From: Candidatus Woesearchaeota archaeon
GTDB taxonomy: Archaea; Nanobdellota; Nanobdellia; Pacearchaeales; GW2011-AR1
Length of the DNA stretch: 60,172 nt
Assembly (NCBI GenBank): GCA_964413095.1
Contig: CAYPRJ010000003.1
Span: 1-60,172, forward strand
Direction of reading: 5' to 3'
In this document: positions 30,402-38,435 of the stretch, one piece after another
Numbering within the stretch: position 1 is the stretch's first letter
Layout of the letters: every line of letters starts with the position of its first letter
Program-made: the position numbers and the translations under genes
The notes under the pieces: generated by a model
What the model was told of the DNA's origin: nothing
The model's input: the letters and a program-made list of their open reading frames with translations, nothing else
Database searches by the model: none

Positions 30402-30905
30402 ATGGCTGAAAAAAATGATATATTTTCAAGCAAGATAAAACACGATGGAATTTTTTCTTTCAAGGATTTTTATAAGTTTTGTTATGACTGGCTTACAGAA
30501 GAGGCAGGATTAAAAGTTTCAGAAGAAAAATATGTGGAAAAATTAGGTGGAGATTCAAAAAATATAGATGTTGAATGGGTTGGAAAAAAAGATGTTACTG
30601 ATTATTTTAAATTTGAAATTAGTGTAACTTTTAAAATTGTTGGTTTAACAAATGTGGAAATAAACCAAGCTGGAAAAAAGATAAAAACAAATAAAGGAAG
30701 TGTTGAAGTTAAAATTAAAGGAACACTTGTAAAAGATTATGAAGGAAAATTTGAGAAAACAGCTTTTCAGAAATTTATGAGAAGTATTTATGAAAAATGG
30801 ATAATTCATGCAAGAATTTCAGAATATGAAGACAAATTAGCAGGAGATTGTGATGAATTCTTAAATCAGGCAAAAGCCTATCTTGATTTAGAAGGGAAGA
30901 AATAA
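30402..30905 (+). CDS. Hypothetical protein
   Basis: 167-aa ORF preceded by a TATA-like TTTAAATA. Confidence 0.75.
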   Translation: MAEKNDIFSSKIKHDGIFSFKDFYKFCYDWLTEEAGLKVSEEKYVEKLGGDSKNIDVEWVGKKDVTDYFKFEISVTFKIVGLTNVEINQAGKKIKTNKGSVEVKIKGTLVKDYEGKFEKTAFQKFMRSIYEKWIIHARISEYEDKLAGDCDEFLNQAKAYLDLEGKK

Positions 30906-31124
30906 TAAACAAGCTTTATTGGAAAAGTTGCTATTTTTTTGATTTATTCGATATTGTTCTTTAACCCTCTTTATAGTCTTTTCATCTTGTATAAAAGCAA
31001 GTTCTTTTTCTTTAAATTTAGAAACAAATTTTTTTATTAAGTCCTCTCCCCATTTTAGAAACCCTTCTGTTGCACCTTTTGCTGCACTTTCTATTGGGTC
31101 ATATGACATCTCCAAACTCCTCAA
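30888..31124 (-). CDS. Hypothetical protein, possibly truncated
   Basis: Short ORF; its C terminus runs into the convergent gene. Confidence 0.4.
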   Translation of the reverse strand: MRSLEMSYDPIESAAKGATEGFLKWGEDLIKKFVSKFKEKELAFIQDEKTIKRVKEQYRINQKNSNFSNKACLLFLPF

Positions 31125-31341
31125 GATATTTAGAGAGGCTTAGTTCATTATCGTCGAGTATAATTTCACTTCCTGGCAAAATAACCATATTTTCAACCTT
31201 AACTGGAATTTCCAAATATTTGTCTAAAATCCTATTCCCTTTAGAATCTAAAACAAATTCTCCATCTGAAGAATATCCCAATTCTTTTAATAATGCAATT
31301 TTAGATTCAGAAGAAACTTGTTTTAATGATATTAATTCCAT
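31099..31341 (-). CDS. Hypothetical protein
   Basis: 80-aa ORF. Confidence 0.55.
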   Translation of the reverse strand: MELISLKQVSSESKIALLKELGYSSDGEFVLDSKGNRILDKYLEIPVKVENMVILPGSEIILDDNELSLSKYLEEFGDVI

Positions 31342-31404
31342 ATTTTATTTAAGAGTATATTGTTTATAAATTTGGTGGTGAATTATTCTAATGATTTTTT
31401 GAAA

Positions 31405-31905
31405 TTATCTAAGACAGGAGACTCTCTTATTTTCTAAATGCTTTCTCCAATTTACTTGTGAATTTTTCAACTCATTTGCTAATTTTATTATCCACTCATT
31501 CTTTCTGCTTTCTGTTTCTGAATTAATAATTAAAGAAAGTATTGGATGTTCAATTTTTTCAATCAGGGTGCATGGATTTGGTATTACAAAATTACCTGAA
31601 TGAAGATGCCTATAACCATGAGCCTCATCAACACCTATAACTCTTTTATTCTTTTTATCCACTCTTTTATCAACCACAACAGAATCATACAAAAAGAAAA
31701 ATTTGTTTTTATCCCATTTAATTTTAAGAATTAGTTTATATTTTTCATTTTCAAAAATTATCTTCTCACCAGAGCCCTTATTTTCTTTAATTGCTTTTTT
31801 CCCCAATTCTTCAAAATTTGCAGTTTGATTTTGTGGATTGTTAATAGCAGAAATTATGATTCCTTCCCAATCAACTTGATTTAAATCAATCATTTTTATC
31901 CTCAA
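31405..31905 (-). CDS. Hypothetical protein with D..HG..H.H motif (toxin-like?)
   Basis: IGVDEAHGYRHLH. Confidence 0.5.
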   Translation of the reverse strand: MRIKMIDLNQVDWEGIIISAINNPQNQTANFEELGKKAIKENKGSGEKIIFENEKYKLILKIKWDKNKFFFLYDSVVVDKRVDKKNKRVIGVDEAHGYRHLHSGNFVIPNPCTLIEKIEHPILSLIINSETESRKNEWIIKLANELKNSQVNWRKHLENKRVSCLR

Positions 31906-31927
31906 TAATTTTCTTTTTCTTCCATTC

Positions 31928-32125
31928 TTATAATAATAAAGGTTTATCGCTATAGGTAGTTAATCCTTTTTTAAATATTGTATCTCTATTCTTTGAGTTA
32001 AGCAAACCCAACAAATAATAAGGATTTATCTTCTCTTCAGGCATAGAATCTCTTTCGCTTTTTGGAATAGACAGAAATTTCTTAACTATCTTCTCTACTT
32101 CTAATTTTGCACTTTCTTTATCCAT
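31928..32125 (-). pseudogene. Internally deleted type IIG restriction-modification gene remnant
   Basis: N-terminus-like MDKESAKLEVEKIVKKF...PEE joined to a target-recognition-domain motif YYLLGLLNSK. Confidence 0.55.
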
Positions 32126-32274
32126 AAAAATGTTATTGATTATAAACTTAAAAATCTACCTAAAAGTCCCGACAAGTTAACAAGGAATTATTAAACAAAC
32201 CTTAATAAGCATAAATTACTAAATATACTTCTCACTAACAAAACTTTTAAATACAAATTATCTGTTTTTTAACT

Positions 32275-33648
32275 ATGAAAAAGATATTTGCCTTAATGGT
32301 TTTACTATTAATTATTCCAAATGTTATTGCAATAAACCTAAATGTAGAAAAAACAAGTTCTGATGAAGTTTTAATTCCTGAATTAAATAAACCTGTTGAG
32401 GTGAGTTTGAAAGTAACAAATAATGGAAATACAGATGATTTTATATTTTATACTTTTTTTGGCTCAGGAATGAATCCAACAGAAAGCATTAGGATAAATG
32501 CAGGAGAAACAAAAAATATAGAAGCAGAGATTTATCCAAGACTTGATTTGCAAAGAGGTTTTGTAACATTTAGTTATTTTATACAAGGTGATAAAGGAGA
32601 TCATGAAGAAAGACTGACAATAAAAGTTATAGATTTAGAAGATGCTTTTGAAATAGGAGCAGAAGAATTCAACCTAGAAGAAAATTCTATAAAAGTTTAT
32701 ATAAAAAACAAAGTAAATTTTAATTTCGAAAAAATTGAAGCAGACTTCTCATCACCTTTTTTTGAATTCACTGAAAGTTTTAATTTAGAACCAAATAAAA
32801 TAAAAGAATTTGATATTCAGGTTGATAAAGAAGATTTCAAAAAGTTAATGGCTGGTTTTTACACTTTAGAAGCAGATATTTTTATAGAAGATAAAAATGC
32901 AGAAGTGAATGGAGTTATAGAATTTGTAGAGAAAAATCAATTAACCACAAAGCAAGAAAAAAAAGGATTTATTATTACTACTCAGACAATCAAAAAAATC
33001 AATGAAGGAAATGTTGAAGTCGGCTCTGAAATAAAAATAAAAAAGAATATAATCTCAAGACTTTTCACAACCCTGATTCCTCAACCAGATATTGTTGAGA
33101 GAAAAGGATTAAATGTTTATTACACCTGGAACAAAGAAGTAAAACCAGGAGAAACTTTAGAGATAAAAGCAAGAACTAACTGGTTTTTTCCTTTATTAAT
33201 AGTATTTTTTATTGTGTCAATAATAATCTTAGCAAAACAATATTCAAAAACAAATGTTATATTAAAAAAGAGAATTAATTTTGTGAGGGCAAAAGGAGGA
33301 GAATTTGCATTAAAAGTAACTATAAAAGTTCAGGCGAAAAAATATGTAGAAAGAGTTAGTGTGACAGACAGACTTCCTCCTTTAGTAAAAATCCATGAAA
33401 GATTTGGAACAGAAAAACCCAAAAAAGTAGATGAGCAAAAGAAAAAAATAGAATGGTTTTTTGAAAAATTAGAAACAGGGGAAACTAGAGTTCTTAGTTA
33501 TATAATTTATTCAAAAGTGGGTGTAGTCGGAAAATTTGCATTGCCTTCTGCAACAGCAATATATGAAAGAGACGGACAAATTCAAGAATCAAATTCAAAC
33601 AAGGCTTTTTTTGTAGCAGAACAAAGACAAAAAGGAAAAGAAGAATAA
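32275..33648 (+). CDS. Secreted, membrane-anchored beta-rich hypothetical protein
   Basis: Signal peptide, Ig-like segments, TM at WFFPLLIVFFIVSIIIL. Confidence 0.75.
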   Translation: MKKIFALMVLLLIIPNVIAINLNVEKTSSDEVLIPELNKPVEVSLKVTNNGNTDDFIFYTFFGSGMNPTESIRINAGETKNIEAEIYPRLDLQRGFVTFSYFIQGDKGDHEERLTIKVIDLEDAFEIGAEEFNLEENSIKVYIKNKVNFNFEKIEADFSSPFFEFTESFNLEPNKIKEFDIQVDKEDFKKLMAGFYTLEADIFIEDKNAEVNGVIEFVEKNQLTTKQEKKGFIITTQTIKKINEGNVEVGSEIKIKKNIISRLFTTLIPQPDIVERKGLNVYYTWNKEVKPGETLEIKARTNWFFPLLIVFFIVSIIILAKQYSKTNVILKKRINFVRAKGGEFALKVTIKVQAKKYVERVSVTDRLPPLVKIHERFGTEKPKKVDEQKKKIEWFFEKLETGETRVLSYIIYSKVGVVGKFALPSATAIYERDGQIQESNSNKAFFVAEQRQKGKEE

Positions 33649-33690
33649 TCAAGAAAATCTTTAAAAGCTGTTATTTCTTTTATATTTTAA

Positions 33691-33761
33691 CCCTCCATAG
33701 CTTAGTGGTAGAGCAGTCGGCTGTAGCCCGACGTGTCCCAGTTCGATTCTGGGTGGAGGGA
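33691..33761 (+). tRNA. tRNA-Tyr(GTA), intron-less
   Basis: Archaeal C1-G72 acceptor CCCTCCA/TGGAGGG; GTCGG-CTGTAGC-CCGAC; short variable loop. Confidence 0.95.
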
Positions 33762-33780
33762 TTCAAATGAATGAAGGCAT

Positions 33781-33995
33781 ATATTATTCCCATAATCGAA
33801 CTTTCGATTCCGAGCATTTACACGAGTGTTAATCCATAAAAAAATGAGTGTGGGTGCGAGTTGTGGTAGAGGGATAAATGGAGCTTTATGCCCATACTCC
33901 CAGGATTTAACAGTGTTACCAGTTCGATTACAACGAATTGCTTTGCAATTCGTGTTGCCAAAATTCCACAGGAATTTTTAGCACTGGGAAATATT
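33781..33995 (+). ncRNA. Unassigned structured RNA candidate (four-way junction)
   Basis: Nested helices listed in findings; G-U pairs favour the plus strand. Confidence 0.65.
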
Positions 33996-34018
33996 ATCAA
34001 AAAGAGGAAAAATATCTA

Positions 34019-35161
34019 ATGAAGCTTAAACTAAGTCAAAGACATAAAAAATTATTTACTGCTGTTTCAATAATAACTGGAACTATTGTTGGTGCTGGAT
34101 TTTTAGGAATTCCTTATGTTGCAGCAAAATCTGGTTTTTTTGTTGCTCTTGGATACCTGATTGTTATTGCAGGTTTAAGTTTATTAATTAATCTGTCTTT
34201 TGGAGAAATAATTCTAAGAACAAAAGGAGAACATCATCTTGTAGGATTTGCATATAAATATCTTGGAAAAAAAGGAAAAGATATTCTGTTTATATTATTC
34301 AACATTGCAATAATCTCTGCTTTATTAGCTTATATGATGGGAGTGGGAGAAAGTTTGAGTGTCTTAATTTTCGGAAGTGCAAAATATAAAATTATGATTG
34401 GAGCTTTATTTGGTTTTTTCATGTCTTATATTTTATGGGGAGGAATTTCTTCATTAAGAAAATTCGAGAAAATTGGTGTCCTGGCTATTGCACTAATAGC
34501 TATTTTTATTGCTGTATTCTTTCTTAAAGATATATCTTATTCTAATTTATTAGGATTTAATAAAAAATATATATTCCTGCCTTTCGGGGTGATAATCTTT
34601 TCTTTAATGGAATTTTTTTCTTTCCCAGCTGTTAGAAGAGTTTTGAATAAAAACGAGGATTTAACAAAAAAAGCAATTATTATTGGAACATTAATTCCTG
34701 CAATATTCTATGCTTTCTTTATGTTCATTATTGTGGGTGTTGCAGGCCTAAAAACTCCTGAAGTTTCTACACTAGCTTTCGGACCTTTGTTTATAATCTT
34801 AGGAATTGTGACTATGTTTACTTCATATTTAGGTTTAGGAACATCTTTAGAAAGAAGTTATATGGTTGATTATACAAATAAGAAGAAAAAGGCATGGTTT
34901 AAAGCAGCTATAATACCAATAGCCTTATTTTTATTAATTGGATTTTTTGAATTCTTTTCTTTTACAACTATTCTTTCTATTGGAGGAGTTTTTGCAGGAG
35001 GCATAATTGGAATGATGGTTTTAATTATACATAAAAAGGCAGACACTCAGGGAAATAGAATTCCAGAATACAAAGTTCATTTAAGCAAGGCTGTTATTAT
35101 TTTGATTTCACTTCTATATATTGGAGGAGTGGTAGTTGAAATATTAAAATTTTTTAATTAA
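34019..35161 (+). CDS. Aromatic amino acid permease (TyrP/Mtr-like)
   Basis: GTIVGAGFLGIPYV..KSG, PFGVIIFS, GT.IP..FY, TSYLG; ATG at 34019 with GAGG upstream. Confidence 0.8.
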   Translation: MKLKLSQRHKKLFTAVSIITGTIVGAGFLGIPYVAAKSGFFVALGYLIVIAGLSLLINLSFGEIILRTKGEHHLVGFAYKYLGKKGKDILFILFNIAIISALLAYMMGVGESLSVLIFGSAKYKIMIGALFGFFMSYILWGGISSLRKFEKIGVLAIALIAIFIAVFFLKDISYSNLLGFNKKYIFLPFGVIIFSLMEFFSFPAVRRVLNKNEDLTKKAIIIGTLIPAIFYAFFMFIIVGVAGLKTPEVSTLAFGPLFIILGIVTMFTSYLGLGTSLERSYMVDYTNKKKKAWFKAAIIPIALFLLIGFFEFFSFTTILSIGGVFAGGIIGMMVLIIHKKADTQGNRIPEYKVHLSKAVIILISLLYIGGVVVEILKFFN

Positions 35162-35172
35162 TCTTTTCTATT

Positions 35173-35526
35173 TCATCCATACAAATAAATTCCTGTTATC
35201 ATTGATATATGCATAAATATCCAAATAGTGTTTGCCATTACAATAGGTTTATTTTTTATGAAAATGCCGTAAGCCAGCCAAAATGAAGCTATAAACAAAT
35301 ATGCTCCCCATGTTATAAGCGAGAGACCTTCAGCAGTTTTCTCTGTGAAAATTTTTATTACTTGAGGCAAAGTCATTATTGGTCCAGCAATACTAAAAAG
35401 TATAACAAATTCTTCAATAAAATTTGCTAAACGTTTCTGTGTTCTTTTTGGTAATTGTTTTTTAAAACGATTTAATCTTTGAAATATAAATTCAGAAATT
35501 CCAAAATCATTACTAAAAAGACTCAT
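35173..35526 (-). CDS. PQ-loop/SemiSWEET-like transporter
   Basis: TLPQVIKI...K.AEGLS, WL.YG....PI. Confidence 0.8.
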   Translation of the reverse strand: MSLFSNDFGISEFIFQRLNRFKKQLPKRTQKRLANFIEEFVILFSIAGPIMTLPQVIKIFTEKTAEGLSLITWGAYLFIASFWLAYGIFIKNKPIVMANTIWIFMHISMITGIYLYG

Positions 35527-35716
35527 AATATAAATATAAAATTCATACTTAAAAAATTAACTTTTATTCTATTAAGTTTTAGATTAAATTTTTCTCACTT
35601 TAAAATAGAAAAAATTTGTTGTAAAAAATTTCCAAAAAAACAATCTAACCTTTCAAGAATAGAAGATTTTAAAAACTAAATAAATCTCTAAAAATCAATA
35701 AAAAATGAGGTAAACA

Positions 35717-35794
35717 ATGGAGGAGGATTTAAATTTTTCTGATGAAGAAGGATTCTTCGACGAAGATATTGATGATTTAGAACTCGACGATTAA
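35717..35794 (+). CDS. 25-aa very acidic micro-protein (MEEDLNFSDEEGFFDEDIDDLELDD)
   Basis: GAGGT Shine-Dalgarno upstream of ATG; open to TAA. Confidence 0.55.
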   Translation: MEEDLNFSDEEGFFDEDIDDLELDD

Positions 35795-35795
35795 T

Positions 35796-36704
35796 TTATT
35801 TTTTCATTTTTAATTTTATTTTATTATTTTCTTTTTCCAATTCTTCAAAATCTGATTCAATAATTAAATTCAACTCTCTGATATTTATTTTTGAAACAAA
35901 AACATTGCTTAGACTTAATGTTATTCCTTCTCCAATCCCTATTGATTCTAAATTAACTTCTTTTAAAAAATCATCATCAAGGTAAATCTTTACATTTGCA
36001 TTTTCTGATTTTTTTAATCCATTGTTTCTTATACTCATATTTATATCTAAATATCTTTTTTCAATTTTAGCATGCACATTCTCAAAAGACAAATCAGGCT
36101 GGCTTGGATAAGAATAAATTTCATTTAATAACTGCAGAGTATCTTCTCCAATAACCTGAGAACACTTAGTTACAGGATACATTATATTGTTAGGATTAGA
36201 AGAATGATTAAAACCAAGCACATGTAAAAGTTCATGTATTGCAACATTCGGTCTTTCGCATTTTACATCTCTTATTAATAAAATATTTCCATGAAAAATA
36301 ACATCAAACTTTTCTCCAGAAATTATTTTTGTAGGACCTCCCTCACCTGCAATAAACATTCCTCCTTCAATTTTATTTTTTTCATCACATGTTACAGAGA
36401 TTTCTTCATTTGAATTTATAGGATAAAATTCTAAAATAGTATCCTGAGAAATTATTTGAAAGGCTCTTTTCATATCATTCTTTTTTTGAAGAGAACAATC
36501 CTGATTAATTTTATAAGATATTGTTGAATTTGGAAATCTCATATTAGAATAAAATTGCATTTCTGTAGAATTATCTAAGGTAAAGTTAGAACTTGAAGGA
36601 GAACCCAAAAAAAACTCTGCATTATTAGGAATAAACCAATAAAAAATCAAAAGTGCTATTGCAATTAAGCTAAAAAAAGCACCAAGAACAACTTTCCACT
36701 CCAT
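35796..36704 (-). CDS. Matrixin-like zinc metalloprotease with C-terminal CARDB-like domain
   Basis: HELLHVLGFNH, Met-turn IMYP, N-terminal TM, IRNNG Ig-like domain. Confidence 0.88.
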   Translation of the reverse strand: MEWKVVLGAFFSLIAIALLIFYWFIPNNAEFFLGSPSSSNFTLDNSTEMQFYSNMRFPNSTISYKINQDCSLQKKNDMKRAFQIISQDTILEFYPINSNEEISVTCDEKNKIEGGMFIAGEGGPTKIISGEKFDVIFHGNILLIRDVKCERPNVAIHELLHVLGFNHSSNPNNIMYPVTKCSQVIGEDTLQLLNEIYSYPSQPDLSFENVHAKIEKRYLDINMSIRNNGLKKSENANVKIYLDDDFLKEVNLESIGIGEGITLSLSNVFVSKINIRELNLIIESDFEELEKENNKIKLKMKK

Positions 36705-36780
36705 ACGAATAAATTATTAATGGATTATATAAAACTATTTATTAAAAAATAAAAAATAAAAGAATAAGATTTTTACTCAA

Positions 36781-36972
36781 TTATTCAGATTGTTCATTAA
36801 CTTCTGAACTATCTGACTCTGAAGATTCTTGTAATGGTTCTCGTGGTTGAGGAGTGCTTTCCTCTTCTGTTTCTCCAGAAGGTTGGCTCTCTTCTTGTTC
36901 GGGTTGTTCTTGTGGTTGAACCTCTTCAGATTCCTCTTGAGTTTTTTCTGCGTTTTGAGTTTCGTCTTCCAT
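36781..36972 (-). CDS. Acidic disordered small protein
   Basis: 63-aa E/Q/S-rich ORF. Confidence 0.55.
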   Translation of the reverse strand: MEDETQNAEKTQEESEEVQPQEQPEQEESQPSGETEEESTPQPREPLQESSESDSSEVNEQSE

Positions 36973-37060
36973 TTGAAATAAAATTTTTAATTTATATTAA
37001 TTAGGCAAAATTCTCTTTTAAAGTTTTTGAATTCCAATAAACAGCATGAATTTTATTATA

Positions 37061-37076
37061 ATGAATCAAAACGCCC
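37061..37076. repeat. Direct repeat of the tRNA-Asp 3' end and trailer (partner 37729-37744)
   Basis: ATGAAT(C/A)AAAACGCCC, 15/16 identical. Confidence 0.55.
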
Positions 37077-37194
37077 TGAGCGAAAACTCTCCTCGACAAA
37101 ATTAGTGGTGTAATTTTGGATTTTAATTCTGTTGTTCTAAGATTTTTAAAGATTCTTAAGATAGATTTATTAAATTCTAATCTTATAAAAAGAG

Positions 37195-37509
37195 ATGTAT
37201 AAAGTTTATGTAATCAATTCTTTCAAAACTATATTAAATACATTATCCAGAGATGAACAAGAGAAAGTTAATAAGATATTTTTACAACTTAAAGAGAATC
37301 CTTATGTAGGAGATCAATTAAGGTACAGATTTTTTAGAGAAAAAAGAATAAAAGAAAAAAGAGTTTACTATTTAATTTATGATTATATCAAAATAGTTTT
37401 GATGGTTGGTATAAGCGACAAAAAAGCGCAACAAAGCACAATAAACCAAATTGTTAGATATTTTAAAGAATACAGAAAATATGCTGAAAATTTATCAAAA
37501 GAAGATTAA
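37195..37509 (+). CDS. RelE/ParE-like toxin
   Basis: L.ENPYVGDQL, REKRIKEKRVYY.I. Confidence 0.75.
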   Translation: MYKVYVINSFKTILNTLSRDEQEKVNKIFLQLKENPYVGDQLRYRFFREKRIKEKRVYYLIYDYIKIVLMVGISDKKAQQSTINQIVRYFKEYRKYAENLSKED

Positions 37510-37671
37510 TTAAGCAACTCTTTCAACCCTGCCTGCTTTTAAGTCATCAAGTCCTTCTTTAAATTGTCTTATTAAATCCCAGTCTACTTCTTTCACTCTC
37601 TCAAGCTCTTCAGCTTTTCTTTCAAGCTCCTCTAATCTTTCCTTTGATATTTTTACCATCTGTTTTTCCAT
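37510..37671 (-). CDS. RelB-like antitoxin (53 aa), convergent with the toxin
   Basis: MEKQMVKISKERLEEL...DWDLIRQFKEGLDDLKAGRVERVA; missed by the ORF track. Confidence 0.7.
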   Translation of the reverse strand: MEKQMVKISKERLEELERKAEELERVKEVDWDLIRQFKEGLDDLKAGRVERVA

Positions 37672-37739
37672 ATTTTTCACAGGTTTCTTAAATATTTAAG
37701 GTTTTTCTTTTTCTGAAAGTGTGTAATTATGAATAAAAA

Positions 37740-37983
37740 CGCCCACGCCGGGAATTGAACCCGGGTTATGTCCGTTCTGCACGAAAGGAGCCATTTACAT
37801 CCTCTTCACTGCGACTTCCCAGAGGCAATTTGAAATCGTCTTTCAGTGCCAAAAAGGAAGGTGTGTGCGAGTGATTTCGCAAACCTATTTTTCGCCCTTT
37901 ATTGTGAGCGAAGTCAGGAGTTAAGGAAACCAAGGTTTCCTTCATGCGACAGGGACATGTCTTAGCCACTGGACCACGTAGGC
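37740..37983 (-). tRNA. tRNA-Asp(GTC) with 172-nt BHB intron (37775-37946)
   Basis: GCCTACG/CGTGGGC-G73; TGTCC-CT-GTC-G|intron|C-GGACA; BHB central helix CUGU/GCAG with two 3-nt bulges. Confidence 0.92.
37813..37938. repeat. Dispersed structured element, copy 2, inside the tRNA-Asp intron
   Basis: Colinear blocks shared with 21149-21250. Confidence 0.85.
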
Positions 37984-38037
37984 ATAGAATATACTACAAG
38001 AAATTATTTTTAAACTTTACTAAAGCAGATTATTAAT

Positions 38038-38154
38038 CTACTTTTTCTTTTTTTTAAGTGCAGCTTTGCAAACAGCCCAAGGATTAACCTTTTTTCTCTT
38101 TCCTTTATTTTTTCTCTTAACTTTCTTAACACACTTATCTAGTTTCTTCGGCAT
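38038..38154 (-). CDS. 38-aa basic micro-protein (MPKKLDKCVKKV...NPWAVCKAALKKKKK)
   Basis: Clean ATG-to-TAG frame directly after the upstream gene. Confidence 0.7.
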   Translation of the reverse strand: MPKKLDKCVKKVKRKNKGKRKKVNPWAVCKAALKKKKK

Positions 38155-38162
38155 TTTCACTT

Positions 38163-38435
38163 CTATTTATTTTTTCTTCTGTTTTTGCGTATAACATAAA
38201 TGAAATATATAACTAAAGTCAATGCAAACAAATAATTAACAATATAAAATACAGGAGATAATGAAGGAGTTATTACCTGAGCGCAAATCTCAGAAGTTTT
38301 TCCGAAAGGATTAAAAAAATTTGGAGTGCATGAATCTGGCCAGGAAACTTCGACAAAAGACAAAACTAACAGCACAGCTAACTCTACAAATAATATCACA
38401 ATAAATATTTTATTTTTGTTTTTCATTACATCCAC
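38163..38435 (-). CDS. Small two-TM protein
   Basis: Two hydrophobic segments around a C..C loop; start may be MKNKNK. Confidence 0.65.
   Translation of the reverse strand: MDVMKNKNKIFIVILFVELAVLLVLSFVEVSWPDSCTPNFFNPFGKTSEICAQVITPSLSPVFYIVNYLFALTLVIYFIYVIRKNRRKNK

Noticed and set aside
33781..33995. The structured RNA as SRP RNA, RNase P RNA or a T-box
   Set aside because: No SRP helix-8 CAGG/GNRA/AGCA motif, no RNase P GAGGAAAGUCC, no UGGNACC T-box. A highly divergent form cannot be excluded without a covariance search.
37775..37946. tRNA-Asp intron as a group I intron
   Set aside because: A canonical BHB is present and I see no P7 core. Group-I-style splicing (U35|...G) would give a GUA anticodon on an Asp-type body (G1-C72, G73).
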